This document shows positions 39,929 to 52,807 of a DNA stretch of 64,000 nucleotides, one piece after another (the first letter of the stretch is position 1; each line of letters begins with the position of its first letter). This stretch comes from Cyanidioschyzon merolae (Eukaryota), in assembly GCA_000091205.1 (NCBI GenBank), contig AP006494.2. One strand, given 5' to 3'. A program made the translations under genes and the position numbers. The notes under the pieces are model-generated. The model was not told where the DNA came from. It searched no databases and saw only the letters and a list, made by a program, of their open reading frames with translations.

Positions 39929-42293
39929 TCGCTTCCGCGAGCGTCACGCGGTGTCCAGGCAGGAGCACGAGGCGCTCTGTGAGTGGCAAAACACCCCGCG
40001 CTTTCTTCGAAAGCCGTGAAACTCGAACACCGCACCTCTATCGGTGCTTGTTTCTCAAAGAAATTTAGGTTTAAGCCAAACACGGAGTTTTTCAGCGTGT
40101 GGTCAGGTTAGCGCGCCACCCACCGGCAAGCCAAGGCAACCAGTAACGAGTACAGTTCGTCTCGTTGCTCCGGGTAACACACGAGGGCTACTCTGGGCAG
40201 GGCACCTCGCGCTATACACTTGGACTTGATACTGCCTTCGTTTACTGGAATTTTCAACGAAATATCTCGAGCATGCCCAGGAGACCATACATACTTCTTT
40301 CGAAACTCGCTGGCTATGTGGAGCGCAGATTCCTGCGGCAGACCAGCTAACCGTCCAACAAACGCGCTAGAGAGAGGCGCCTCGGTAGCCGCTGAGGCGT
40401 GCTCGAGTCCTCATGGACGCTTCTCGAGACACCGTCGCGCCTTGTATGGGGTCTTCTCCACGACTTCATCCCGTCGCACGCTTCCTTGACGTCTCTGTGA
40501 AGCGTATAAACCGCTGCTGGTTGTATGCAGGGACATGTACGCTAAACAGCGCGACGAAGCGACCGGTAGCGGCTCGGAAAGCTCGCCCTCGAGTTGCAAG
40601 CAAGAATGCTGCACTCCGGCTCTTCAGGCTTCAAGCATTCGCTGCCGAGAACCATCCGACATTGTTTTCCATACGCCTCCGTGACTCACTACACCAGTAC
40701 GTGTTCGAATCGAACGCTGAACTAGTTGCTTCGTTTCAGCCTTGATTTTTTTCCCCGGACTTTTCTTTTTTCCAAATGTGCAGCCCGGACATTCGAAATG
40801 CGTCATCGAAGGCCTACGGATTCATGGATGGCGATAGGATTCTGGGTCGAATGTTCGGAGCGGCTCCTTCGACGCTCTTCCGATGGAACTCGTAACGTCA
40901 CCGGAAACGTTATGATTCACCAAGTCATGGAACAGTGGTTCGTTCAATATCTGATATTGTCATCCAATTCATACGGACAAGCCTCTGTTTTTCTCCGTTC
41001 CTTACGTGTCGCATGCGCAAATCACGCAGTCCTCAAGTTTTCGATCTTGCTGTTTCAAGGCAACTCGTGGGCGCTGGAATTTGTCCCGCTGGATTGGCGA
41101 TGTAAACAAATAACGACGACAACGTTGTAGGACTTGCTCAAAGAGCTCATGTCGAAACGTCACAGAACCGCACATGACAAATCATCGATTCCGTTCGAAT
41201 GTGGAATCCTGCTCCCTTTGTGTCTATCGAAGAAACGCCATTCCACAGCGGGACGAGAGTGCTCCTGGGCCTTGATCCCAGAGACTCCCGTGGCATCTGT
41301 TTGCATGGGAACAGGTCTTGGACTGGGACCTCGGTCCTGGCAACCGTCGCTTCCGGTGGAGCGTGCACCACCGCTTTGCACGAAGAGAGCGTTGATGGAT
41401 CCAAGTTACTCGACTTGTTTCATCACGAACAACGCCGCGCACAACAAATCCTCTACCGAAATGAACAGCATGCGCTTGCATATGTCTCGGACAGAGCAAT
41501 CGCCAATGGGATCTTCAAGAGGATGCCCCTGATCGTAGGATATTTTGTCGGGCGCGGAAACGAAGCAGGGCATCGAGGAACGCCCTCTGTACCCGTCAAG
41601 GGCATCCGTCGAGCGACGTGGTCAGCAGTCGTGTGGTACAGGGCCGGCCCCCGAAGCACGATACGATGCGATAGACGTATGAGCAAACCTGCCAACATTC
41701 AAGCGTCACCGTTGTGAATGACGCATCGAAGCTGCATACAATCATGAGGAAATCGGCAAGCGATGCGTAGATCGCGACTTGAACGCTACCATCAACAGTC
41801 TTCGACGACAGACCAGTGAGCTGGGCGGAAACGGAGTGACCAGCGTATTCGAAGCTACAGATAAGCGAGAAGAAAAGGAAGCAGTCACAGAAATACTTGC
41901 AAAGGCTGGTGTTGACAATTGTGTGACGAGTCCCCATTTTAGTTTGCGCACCCCGAGTTCAGGAACCTGTTTCATGTTATGCTGACACGGGTCCAGACAC
42001 CGCTACGCTCTACTGATCCCGGACTAGCATTCCTATCAGAGACAGAGACTTGGTCCAGTCAGGGATCTTCAGGTAATCACGGCCTCTCTCGGACGCATAC
42101 TGCGATACCGGATGTGTACCGAGGTTGCCGCAGACGCGGAACTCGCCCTGTGCAGTCGCCGAAAAACGTGCGGCACGTCTTCTGCAGGCGACGCTTCATT
42201 CCGCTACACAAGGCGTATTCCCGCCGCCCGGCGACGAGTCGACAACTGCGAGAGCTGCAGAACATGCGAAGCTTCTCCTGAACTCTGTGCAGA

Positions 42294-43262
42294 ATGTTGG
42301 GCTTTCAAGTTGGATTCGGGAGCGGGATCAGTCTTTTTGAACGCCGCAGAGTACTGGCTGGGCAAGTGCACCGACTCTGGCGCGGTTCCCGGTCGCTTGC
42401 GGTTACCGCATCTCGAAGGCCTTCGGTGTCGGTTAGCTGCAGGCTACGCAATCCTGGCGGGTTTCATTTGCCTCCACGAGTACCGAACGAAGAGCATGAG
42501 CTCCGTAGAGCGATCGAGCTTCTGGGTAATCGAACGCAGCGGCGACTGCGACCGGAGATGAGGGAAGCGCTCGCCGCACTTTTGGGCGAGTACCCGCCTA
42601 CCAAGGAGATCGCCCAACAGTGGAAGTACCGGCTTACGCGAATAGCCCAGGAGGAACAAGTGAGACGAAAGCAAAGCACAAGTGCTCCGCAAGGTGCAGA
42701 TCCTGGCCCAGTTACGCGACGACAGGCACTTCTTCGGGAGATCGAGCAGAACCTTCTCATACCCGAGAGCGACGAGCAGGTGCAGCGGGCGTTTTCGATC
42801 CTAGGCCGAATTATCGAACGTAAGGACAAACCTACTGAAAGCGAAGAAGCAGAACTCCAGCGCCTATTGGGTGTGGTGCCTGGCGGGGTGCTGACCGCCA
42901 AGCGCGCGGTACGGGTGTTGCGGGAGCAGGTTGCGAGTCGTCGGCGTTTTGAACGCTGGCCACCGTTTGTACCGCTGGCCTTGGAGCGCGTTCGTGAAGC
43001 CCGCGTCATCCTTCGCCAGATCGCTATCCAACGCTCGGCTGGTGCGAAAGCTGCTGCTCGCTTGAAAGAACTGCTGGCTGGTGGCTATCCGCGTAATCAA
43101 CGGGTCGCCCGCTCGTGGTGGAAACGCTTTTGCCTCGTGGAGCGCTTGTATGAGAAAAAGGCTTACAAAGCGATGCGTAAGGAACTTGTGGAACGTATAC
43201 GGGCGGAGCGACGAGCACGTGCTGAAAAGCGCCGTCTCCAAGGCGATGCACCACCCGCATGA
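42294..43262 (+). CDS. Hypothetical charged/coiled-coil protein
   Basis: 322-aa ORF starting at an ATG. It is rich in Arg, Glu and Lys, with heptad-like stretches and no recognised domain. Supported only by its length and codon bias. Confidence 0.35.
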   Translation: MLGFQVGFGSGISLFERRRVLAGQVHRLWRGSRSLAVTASRRPSVSVSCRLRNPGGFHLPPRVPNEEHELRRAIELLGNRTQRRLRPEMREALAALLGEYPPTKEIAQQWKYRLTRIAQEEQVRRKQSTSAPQGADPGPVTRRQALLREIEQNLLIPESDEQVQRAFSILGRIIERKDKPTESEEAELQRLLGVVPGGVLTAKRAVRVLREQVASRRRFERWPPFVPLALERVREARVILRQIAIQRSAGAKAAARLKELLAGGYPRNQRVARSWWKRFCLVERLYEKKAYKAMRKELVERIRAERRARAEKRRLQGDAPPA

Positions 43263-45518
43263 GCGATTGCTGCAGTTGCGCATTTTGTGATCAGAAGCCA
43301 AAAAGCGCTTTTTCTCCAGCGATGGAATGCAAGCTGCCTGTTTTTGCGGTATACGAGCATGGGTGTTTTGGCTGCACAAGGCGTTCGAGAATAGATCTAT
43401 GACCCTATTCGTTCTTTTCATCACGAGCGGGAAGTCGTGGATCGACTGTATCTGGTTCATCAGCGCTTCTGCTTCGGTGTTTGATAGGGCATGACGCATG
43501 ACGCAGCAATGTGCGTGCCCTATGCTGCACTGTTTTTACAGCTCGTGGTTGGTGAATTCGCATCAAGCGAAAACGCTCAACCTCGCTGCCTACATGCGAA
43601 GCTGAACTAGCAACCGGGAATCGCAAGGCCGTATGTACGGGCATCGCACTGCGGCACCAGAAGCATCAGCTTCGAGTTGCCGCTACGGGGTTGGATTCTT
43701 CGAAAAACGCCACCGTCTGTGGCGACTTGGTAAGCGCTGCGCGCTACACCGAGCGCTGCTGCTCGCAGATACGTTACCGACATGCGGCGAGCGCCGCAGA
43801 GGGACTCTACCCGTGCCAGCCACATCGCGCGAGACACGAGTGCTCGTTTCCGTTAACGCTCTGTACATCGCCAGCGACGAGTAACACCATTCTACTGGCG
43901 CTGATCCTTACACTGTGGCGACGCGTTCCTACGCGCTTGAGTTCTGTGGGGACGAGGTGCGCCTCTAGCGTCGTCGTGTGCTGTGTTGTTTACAGCAGGG
44001 CAGCGGCGTCGTCGCAACGGCGCACACGTTGACTGCTTGGAGGCTATTGCATCGCGAAAGGCTATCATGCCACGCGAACAAGCTAGCGCAGCTCCTGGTG
44101 AATTACGACGGCAACAAGCCGTGCTGCCTTTTTCTAGTAGACACCAGACGACAAGACTCCAAATCGCGAGCGATTGACGAAGTCCGACAATCATGGTACG
44201 GCGCTCTACCTCGGAGAGCAACAGAAGCACATCGATCGATGATTTGAGATGCACTTGCCTAAACTGTATGCTCCAGGCGTTTCTAGTAGGAGCCAGGCTT
44301 GCACGTGCACTCTTGAACGATGCTCGTCTCGATCATGTTCCGCTGGGTGCCTGCGGACTATCTTTTTTCAGGTTACAGAATCGATGCATCGAAGTAGAAT
44401 CCCCCCGATCCATGTTTGTGGACTGCACCACGAACAGAGGCAACTGCTCAGCCCTGTACACCACTACGTGGCATGGAGAGCAATGAATTCTAGAACACTT
44501 GTGCCAGCATTCCTTGTTTCTGTTGTTGTTTGTTTTTCTCACAGGCATTCAGCGAAGGGATTGTTCCCTATAGAATTGAGACAAGTCGTGGAAAGACTTG
44601 GTGCTTTCGTTGCCAGCATGCGAGAAACGTTCTGTTTTGCACAAGCCGATGATTCTCCGGTCAGCCGATGGATGACCTACGCTGCTCGTAGTTTGTCCTT
44701 CTGAACGTGGTGTACCCACGACAGAACTCTGCTCCCTCTATGAGAGTGTATGGAGAGTGCAGGGTCCGGTTTTGTACAGTTCCCTTTTTTATTAGTTCAG
44801 GACGACATATACGAAACACGATGACGAGAGCTCGTTGAAAAAAGCAGAGAACAGGAGCGTGAAACAGAGACCAATACACTAGATGATGGATGGTAATCTG
44901 ACTGAACGTGACATGGCGAGGCATGCAATGCTGAGAAGCTTCCCATGGCGTGATTACACGACCAGCCATGCACACAGGCACTTTCCCGAGGGTGACTCGA
45001 ACGCATCGATCAAGACCTGGGAATAGCTTGTGCTTCAGAAGCATCGAAAAGCTATATGCCGAGCGTTGCTATGAGGGCATTTTTTAGTACGCAATGTGCT
45101 CATTGTGCGGAAACGCGAAAGACTTGCGATGAAAACGAATCAGTAGCCAGGCGAAGCGAGAATGGATGTCGTCCGCAGCATGGCACTGGTACGGTGCGGT
45201 TCGGCAATGCAGCTAGCCTGGAGTGCCTCATAGATGCTCAGGGAACGTTTTCCCGGGCGATTCATCAAAGACAATGGTTTCTTTTTCGTTTTGCGGCATT
45301 GCTGAGGATGGACAATTCTCGGATCTGACTTGCCTTGGTGACGCAGGGCTTGATCCATCCAGCCATGTGGAGGGCGCTAAACCTACAGCAGATACCTGCT
45401 TCTGCCGTCCATCACTGCAGCAATCAGCATTTTCTCTATGATGAGGGATCACTGAGATACACCTCAGTCCGCTGAGTGCGCGATACTCATTGACATGCAG
45501 TGAAGCAATGACCACTAC

Positions 45519-45560
45519 ACTGCACTGCACTGCACTGCACTGCACTGCACTGCACTGCAC
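45519..45560. repeat. (CACTG)n pentanucleotide microsatellite, ~8 units
   Basis: cactgcactgcactgcactg... read directly from the sequence. Confidence 0.9.
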
Positions 45561-45873
45561 ACGCCCTTCAGGTTCACGATACACCAACCCAGATTTGTTT
45601 CGGAGATAAACGTTCATGGATGCGATCCTCTGATACTGGAACCTATGTTGTTCGCCTGCCATGTCATCGAAAGCGCCAATACAAACCACATATAGAGAAA
45701 GGACGGCTTTACCTTCCAGCACAGCGTGCTCCGGTTCGAGGTCTTGTTGCCGCGATCTGCTGGCGCCAGTTCTGCTGGCGACGCGACAAGTTCAGAAACG
45801 CTGCGTTCGCTGGCTATCCACAAAGGAGCCGTTTGCACGAGCGTGCTAAGCTCTACGCTGAGGCTTACTACGC

Positions 45874-46929
45874 ATGACAAGTACCGAACTCAAAACGCCA
45901 GTCCAGCCAAGGCGAGTAGAGTTTGCGAAGCAGCCTCTATCAAACGGAACTGAACTCGACCGACTGCCGCTGGTGGAAGCGCCCGATAGCGCCGAGCGAG
46001 CGCCTTTCGCGACAGCCGTGGGTCCTGCTTCAACAGCGCGAACGTCGCTCGGTGTTGGTATGCAACATGGACATGATGCGAGCACTTTAGGGCTGAGCAG
46101 CTCGCGGACGCCCGCTCGTAACACATCGAATACGAGCGCAGCGGACTGGAGCGTCGAGGGAACACCCTCTGCTCCCGAAACGCGTTCGTGGCACCGGAAC
46201 TGGGGCGGTTATGGGCGCTTTCAGCGACAACGACTGTCTCCGCTAGATAGCGGATACTCCACAGGACCAAGTGTGCGCTCCGCAGGAGGACGCGCCCCGC
46301 CGAATACGTCCTGGCTGGACACAGAGACTCCGGTATCGAGTCGGCTGGGCGCAGGTGCAGAGACCACGGGACCAGCGCTAGCGCGTGGGTTGTTTACGCC
46401 CGGCCTGAGGACAACGCTGGATGCCGATCGCTCCTCGCCTTTGCAAGAGAGTGAGCTGGCGTGTTGGGTGACTGTTTTCGGATTTGCACCCGGACAACAG
46501 TCCCAAGTTTTACGAGAACTGAGGTCTTTTGGACCGGTGCTCGAGCATCGGCTTCGCAAGGGGAACTGGATGCATGTGCGGTATGAGAGCCCGCTGCAGG
46601 CACAGGCTGCATGTAGTCGTTCGAGTCGATTACTGAACGACGTCACCATGATCGGCATCGTACCGTGTACAGAACCCGAGACCATTCTGCATGAGTATGC
46701 TCACAAGGCGTTATCGGATAGGGTGCAAAGCGCGCAGCGAGCGCCAGCGACGACCCTGCTCTCTCAAACGGCTTCTAGTATGGAATCTGGGCAAAAGTCG
46801 TGGATCTCGGCACCAAATCGCTCGCAGTATCCAGAGACAGAACTTGGTACTGGAGACAAGCCAGCGCTGCCGCCCGCGCCCAAACGAAGTCTACTAGGTC
46901 GCCTTGTGGACACGATGCTCAACTGGTGA
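45874..46929 (+). CDS. NUP35: Nucleoporin Nup35/Nup53 (RRM-like MPPN domain)
   Basis: The central RRM-like domain WVTVFGFAPGQQSQVLRELRSFGPVLEHRLRKGNWMHVRYESPLQAQAA is the diagnostic Nup53/35 signature. Ser/Thr-rich disordered N-terminal regions flank it. Confidence 0.7.
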   Translation: MTSTELKTPVQPRRVEFAKQPLSNGTELDRLPLVEAPDSAERAPFATAVGPASTARTSLGVGMQHGHDASTLGLSSSRTPARNTSNTSAADWSVEGTPSAPETRSWHRNWGGYGRFQRQRLSPLDSGYSTGPSVRSAGGRAPPNTSWLDTETPVSSRLGAGAETTGPALARGLFTPGLRTTLDADRSSPLQESELACWVTVFGFAPGQQSQVLRELRSFGPVLEHRLRKGNWMHVRYESPLQAQAACSRSSRLLNDVTMIGIVPCTEPETILHEYAHKALSDRVQSAQRAPATTLLSQTASSMESGQKSWISAPNRSQYPETELGTGDKPALPPAPKRSLLGRLVDTMLNW

Positions 46930-47392
46930 GCAGACGATTCCAGTGCACCTTCGAATCCATGATGCTTTTTGGCATGGATCCGGCGGCATTTTTCTGGAAT
47001 CCAGTGCGCCCTCGAGAAATACTCGCCTAGAAAGCCGTGCCGGCTCTACAGCGTCCGAACGGTGCGCGCCCGCTGAGGAACGCTTCTCCGTCGGGACGCA
47101 TTACATGCCGACGTCATCTGTTACGGAATGTCTATCGCGAGCAGCATGCGCAGACGATTACCGAGGCGCTCGACGCTGGCCATCATCAGAACTACCGTAG
47201 CAGGCCTGTGCTGCAACCGTATCTGCACCGGTGGCGCTCTGAGTCCATGCATCGTTCGCGACGTGCACGCCCGAAAGGTTATGTACGCTATATGCTTGGT
47301 GAACGAGTCGTTTAGAAACAGCTTGGCTTGCTGGTGGGCGCTCCCGCAGTTCGCCGCTCACGTAGATTGCTCGTACCAGGCAGCCCAGGGGT

Positions 47393-48589
47393 TTAGCGCC
47401 ATGGAATTGGCTCGCTGATGACGGGCTGCTGCTGCGTCAGACAGTGGATATTACCTCCTCCTAGAAGTATTTCCCTCGCAACAGGGACCTGTACGACTTG
47501 TATCTGAGGCAGCGCTTTCTGCAAGGCAGCGCGTGCGGCTTCATCGGACTCTGGTAAACCAAAGCCGGGCATGATAATGCCTCCATTCGCTCGATAAAAG
47601 TTGACGTAACTCGCGGCAAGGCGCTCCCCGGCTCTGCGTTGGTAACTATCGCTATCGCTGGCGCCTGGTTCTGATGTATCGGCATGCTCCGGATGCGGCT
47701 GATGAGGCTGTACCTGGGGTACTTCATCTGGCTGCCGGTACAACGCCGGTGGTGCCGGCACCAAGACAACCTCGAGTGACCGTCCCAAGGCGTCCACGCT
47801 CTGCGCCAAAACTCGATGTGCAGCCTGGCAACGGTGGTCTGCAGGGTCCCAGTGGAGCGCCACTTTCGCAGGGGCAATAAATACGGCCATATTGTCTACA
47901 TGGCCGCTGGTGTCTACGTCACCCTCGATGCCATATGGCAGCCAGATTACCTTGGTGATGCCCAAGTACGCACGCAACTGTTTTTCTATATCGTTCTGAG
48001 AATACGTCGGGTTACGATTCGGATTCAGCAAGCACTCTGCAGTGGTGAGGGCCGTTCCCTCACCGTCCACGCTGATGCTACCGCCCTCGAGTACCATAGG
48101 GCACCAGAAGCGCGGCAAACGTTCCAGAAGGAGCATTTTCTTCGCCACCAACTGATCGAGGCTGCAGGCCGCATAACAGTTACCCTGTGCACCACCCCAA
48201 GCGTTAAAATCAAAGTGGACACCAGCTCCTTGCGCAGCATTCTCCGGCTCTGCACCGCACACGAAAACGGCTCCTGTGTCGCGTAGCCAGCAGTCGTCCG
48301 TGCTCAGCTCGACAACGCGAACGGGGTACTGTGCGCATTGACCTGGACTGCTCGGATGGTCCACAAGTAGCGCGCAGGCTTGTATGAAGGCGGATGCGGA
48401 GCACACCACGGTGACTGGCTCCAACTCGGCGATGGCGGCAACGACTTGCGCCACTGCACGCTGCGCCGGAGCAGCGCCCAGACGCCAGTTATCGGGGCGC
48501 TCGGGCCATCCGATCCAGCAGTTTGCGTGGCTGGCCCACTCACCAGGTTGCCGTAGACCGAGATCAAACGGACAGACACCTTCAATCAT
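47393..48589 (-). CDS. Agmatine deiminase (porphyromonas-type peptidylarginine deiminase fold; polyamine biosynthesis)
   Basis: Collinear with plant agmatine deiminase (agmatine iminohydrolase): ANCWIGWPERPDNWR, DCWLRDTGAVFV and the catalytic GGGNIHCLTQQQP at the C-terminus. ATG verified. Confidence 0.85.
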   Translation of the reverse strand: MIEGVCPFDLGLRQPGEWASHANCWIGWPERPDNWRLGAAPAQRAVAQVVAAIAELEPVTVVCSASAFIQACALLVDHPSSPGQCAQYPVRVVELSTDDCWLRDTGAVFVCGAEPENAAQGAGVHFDFNAWGGAQGNCYAACSLDQLVAKKMLLLERLPRFWCPMVLEGGSISVDGEGTALTTAECLLNPNRNPTYSQNDIEKQLRAYLGITKVIWLPYGIEGDVDTSGHVDNMAVFIAPAKVALHWDPADHRCQAAHRVLAQSVDALGRSLEVVLVPAPPALYRQPDEVPQVQPHQPHPEHADTSEPGASDSDSYQRRAGERLAASYVNFYRANGGIIMPGFGLPESDEAARAALQKALPQIQVVQVPVAREILLGGGNIHCLTQQQPVISEPIPWR

Positions 48590-48932
48590 ATACTGATGGC
48601 GAAAACTCCCGGTGCTGCAGTGCTATTGAACAGCTACGGTACCGCGTTTCGCTGGTACCGCCAGCACGTTCGCGAGATTCGCTGCGCAGCGACCTGGGCA
48701 CGGTGGCGGCGCTGCAGCAGCGTCGCCTAGCAGCCGTTGCTACGCGTCTTCGGCTGAGAAGGGGCCGCAACGAGGGCAGGACGCTCGTTCGGATCACTGA
48801 CATCGTCGCTATCCATGTCAGCACAACATAGGACAGGTCCATCTAGCGAACTCGGGTATACACGCTGGAGGCTGGGTATCTGCCCGCGGTCGTTATGATC
48901 ACCAGGCCTGACGGGTTTTCAGTGAATGCTTC

Positions 48933-49313
48933 ACTTTATTGTCTAATACCTCACGCCTTGAATATGCCGGACTCGTTCTTTGCTCCAGGTCCATTGTTTA
49001 TCGTTGGAGAATGTTGGTGGCAGCGTCGATGCACAGAAGTCGCAGCTTCCAGCTGTCATCGACGCATGTCGTGAACAGGAGGGAGTCGGTATCAACGCTT
49101 CGCGTACCATGGATATCTGCTTTGTGGACAGCGTCGGTGCGCCTGTTGCAGCGGTAGCTCTTGACTTTGGTCAGTGGTTGCCGTATGTCCACCATACGCT
49201 CTCTTCTGAGCGCCACTCTGTGGTACGAAAAGGTTTGCTTCGTCACTCGATACATGCCGTCGACCGGTACAGAGGGCTGCGCTCGGTGCACCCCCGCGTT
49301 TGGATACCACCAG
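48933..49313 (+). repeat. Dispersed ~380-bp repeat family R3, copy 1
   Basis: ~93% identical to 55186-55569. Both begin cttcactttattgtctaatacctcacgccttgaatatgccggactcg and end ...gtgcacccccgcgtttg. Confidence 0.6.
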
Positions 49314-51334
49314 GTCGTAGCGCATCTTTTGCGCTCCATTCTGCGCGCGACCAGAGAAGCACCAGAACAGTTCAGGGCTGGTGATAGCTGGGAAGGATAT
49401 GGCGAAAAAGAATGAACGGAAGATGGGTGCCAAGGTTGCGACCAACTCGTACTTGGATCCACGAGCGCCAAATTCGCAACGGACAACAGACTATGTGCTA
49501 GGGGCTGAATCTAGCCAAGGTGCAGCTCAACCCCAGTCTGAGTTGCGTACTCCGTGGTCACTCTTGGATGATCGAAATTGACATTGTTTAGGGTCCGCAC
49601 TGAAGCTTGTGGAAGTAGACAACAGGAAGAGTGCGTCCACGCGGCACCGGCTTTTGAACGACCCCGCCTGTTTGGCGACTCGCAGGCCAGCACACGACAG
49701 CAATCCCGCTGGAGCTCGTCTCATCATTCTGTTTGTTTATCGTTTCTTTAAGAACACTGGTTTGCTCTGCTTTGGGTACCCGGACACAAGTCCAACTGTT
49801 CTCCCGAATAAAGACTCATCGAGTGAGATGCAAATTCGTCGCTGCTGATACAAGATCTCGCGTCTGAGAACAAAACCGATCGTGTGTGTATCAACACTCT
49901 ATGGTTCTCCGTACAAGCGAGCATACTTATTCGTTCACCCATATCTTCTCATCACAGCGCGTATCAGAAAGACGGAAAATTCGTATCCTATGGCCTTGTA
50001 AACACTACTCGTAACAGAACGTATGCAATGGAGTGGATTGACGAGCAGACAGTCGCGTGGACGGAGTTCGACACGTTCGACCGGGGCTGCACCACGTTCA
50101 GGAGAACGACTGCCATGAGGGCAGATCATCCACCTGCTGACCTCAGAATAGCTGACTAGAAGATGTAAAGCTGTCTTTCACACGCTCGCAGTAATCGCAT
50201 CGAGTCTTTCCGCGGTCTCTCTGCCACCTACAAGATACGTGGCCTTCGTTGAATCCCCGCAAAACAACACTCAAAACCAACACAGACGTGTTCATACGGA
50301 TGTTCCGGAACTCACTACCTTAAATGGAACAGGGCGCACGCTGCCTTCTCCTACGCTGATCTCAGATCTGCCAACGTTAAATCACTGCCGCAGATCCAAG
50401 TTTCAAAAACTGGACCAAGCAACCCCCTGCGAAAGGAATAAGATAGAAGCGTGTGCAGGCTCGCTGACTGCCTAATCAGTCGCGGAGCGGGTGCGCTCCG
50501 GGTGCGCCCTGGACGGCATCCGGAGAGCGCAACGCGCAGCCGCTAGTTCCCTCATCGTTTGTTGCCAGCCACGTGCCGTATCATCAGTCTTATCGACGCA
50601 AGCAATATCGTATCGTTCATGCAACTGTGAAAGCTCGTCCACCGCTGACTGCCAGCGAAGCACTTCATCGGCAATAGCGGGGGAAGGCGTCGGCATCGAC
50701 GACGGAACGGCTCGCTCACTCAAACTCTCGAAACGCGCTGAGCAATCCTTGAAACATGCTCGCAGCGCCTGCTGACGCACACTGCGGAGTTCACAGTCCC
50801 TAGTTACTTGACGAAGTCGACGGCTCAGCGTGCGGTACAGCTGAGGAAGCATGCTTTCGCCCTCGAGCCGTCAACGCCGAAGCACACCAGGGGTGCGCCA
50901 ATGAAAACTTCTGCTTTTATGAGGCTCGAGTATGTACTGCACAGCCAGATAGCCGTCGCGCTTCAAATCAGTGCCCCAGCTAGGGCCAGCAAATGTACCG
51001 AGCGTTGCCCAGGCGTTTTCGCAACAAATAACCAGTCAGTATAGCGTAACCGATGAGGAATCGACGTCGCTGCTCCGCTCACGCGATGGCTGCGTCCGGC
51101 TGCCGCGCTGCGTTTCCGGTGCCCTCAGAGACGTCGGTGGTGAGCGTGCTCCTCAGGGTTCTGCGAAGAGCGCAGTGGAGTGTAAAAGCAGTCGTCGAGG
51201 GGTGCGGGAACCGCTTGCGGCGTGTGTGGACGTGTTGGTTTTGGGCGCGGATCAGAGTTTCCAAAGCGGCCCTCTGGTAGTGGGTCGTCGCTTGGCGCTT
51301 CGTCGCCTGTGCTGCAGTGGCTTTGCTCCTTAGC

Positions 51335-52807
51335 ATGCAGCGACTTGGGCTACGGCTCACCGAAACGCTAGCGAAACAAATCCGCCGCTCCTTTCATTTC
51401 AGTCCAGAGCTGCAATGTTTGAGACAAGTAAGGACGAGTCCGTCGTCGGGCGTTCTACCGTTGGATGCGGTACCAGCTCGGCCCAACGCGGTATGGTCGG
51501 CACCAGTTGGCACCTTACAGTCGCTGCAGAGATGCGCTTGCCAGGGGCGAACGCACACACGAAGCCTCAGTGTCGTGTCAACCTCAGCAGCGGGATCTAC
51601 GGCGGTGGCGGCGGCTCCTCGGGACCCCTACGAGGTGCTCGGCGTACCGCGAAACGCAACGCTTGCCGAAATAAAGAAAGCGTACTATCGATTGGCTAAA
51701 GAACATCACCCTGACTCTGGTGGTGATAAATCCAAATTTGCCGAAATCAACGCAGCATACGAGCTCCTCAGTGACGAAAAGAAGCGCAAACAGTACGATC
51801 GGTACGGTTTCCGCGAGGATGGTGAGGGAGCCTCTGCAAGCGGGTTTGAGTACGCCCCCGGCAGCGGTGCTGAGGACATTCTCCGTCAATTTCGCGAGTT
51901 CTTCGGCAGCATGGCCGATGAGACAGCTTCTGGTGCAGGTCCAATGGGCAGCGGTTTTGGCTTTTTTGCACGCGGCGCGGATGTGGAGGTACCCCTGGTC
52001 CTGTCCTTCATGGAGGCGGCCCGCGGTACCGAGAAAACCGTGCAGGTCTCAGCGGCGGTGGAGTGTCGCGCATGTCGAGGTACTGGTTCCAGCGGTGGTC
52101 GCACGGAATGGAGCCCTTGTGCCCAATGTGGCGGCACAGGACAGGAGAGTTATCAGCGCGGCTTTTTTGCTTTCCAAAGCACCTGCAGACGCTGCGGTGG
52201 TAGCGGCAGGCGCCTGCGGAACCCCTGTTCTACGTGTACCGGCTCTGGCGTGACACCTGGTCTGCGTCGCGTCGCAGTGCGGGTGCCCGCAGGTGTCGAC
52301 AGCGGTTACAGTTTGCGAGTCAGCGGCAAAGGTGAGGCAGCGCCGCACGGCGGCACACCGGGCGATCTATACGTTCGCATCCAGGTCGAAGATGATCCCT
52401 ATTTTCACCGCGAGGGACCTCACTTGCACGTTGTTGCGCCCATTAGCTTCGCGGATGCAGCGCTTGGTGGTGCGGTGCGCGTCCGAACCCTCGACGGCGA
52501 GGCCGAAGTCAAGATTCCTCCGGGTACCCAGCCGGACGATGTGCGTGTAATGCGAGCGAAAGGTCTACCTCGCCCTGGTATTGGGACTGCCGAGCGCGGC
52601 AACCAATACGTCCATTTCCGACTGCGTGTCCCTACGAGCTTAACGAGCAGAGAACGGGAACTCATTGAAGAATTGCGACAAATCGAACAACAGCGACGTG
52701 GCAATCGGCCTTCGGAGGCCGCCTACGACAGCGACGCAAACGAGGAAGCAGGATCTAAGAATTTTTTCCGTCGACTCAAGTCGCTGTTCGCTACCGGTGG
52801 TGCATAG
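51335..52807 (+). CDS. Mitochondrial-type DnaJ/Hsp40 (type I: J domain, Gly-rich region, 4x CxxCxGxG zinc finger, C-terminal domains)
   Basis: J domain [31 protein letters not shown]. Zinc-finger repeats [24 protein letters not shown] and CSTCTGSG. An N-terminal presequence-like Arg/Leu-rich segment is present. The ORF track starts at a GTG at 51317; the first ATG is 18 nt downstream. Confidence 0.85.
   Translation: MQRLGLRLTETLAKQIRRSFHFSPELQCLRQVRTSPSSGVLPLDAVPARPNAVWSAPVGTLQSLQRCACQGRTHTRSLSVVSTSAAGSTAVAAAPRDPYEVLGVPRNATLAEIKKAYYRLAKEHHPDSGGDKSKFAEINAAYELLSDEKKRKQYDRYGFREDGEGASASGFEYAPGSGAEDILRQFREFFGSMADETASGAGPMGSGFGFFARGADVEVPLVLSFMEAARGTEKTVQVSAAVECRACRGTGSSGGRTEWSPCAQCGGTGQESYQRGFFAFQSTCRRCGGSGRRLRNPCSTCTGSGVTPGLRRVAVRVPAGVDSGYSLRVSGKGEAAPHGGTPGDLYVRIQVEDDPYFHREGPHLHVVAPISFADAALGGAVRVRTLDGEAEVKIPPGTQPDDVRVMRAKGLPRPGIGTAERGNQYVHFRLRVPTSLTSRERELIEELRQIEQQRRGNRPSEAAYDSDANEEAGSKNFFRRLKSLFATGGA

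Noticed and set aside
48939-49445. Peptides MSNTSRLEYAGLVLCSRS... and MLQVHCLSLENV... appearing twice in the ORF track (also at 55195-55691)
   Set aside because: The duplication reflects the R3 DNA repeat, not a conserved gene. The frames are short and differ between copies.
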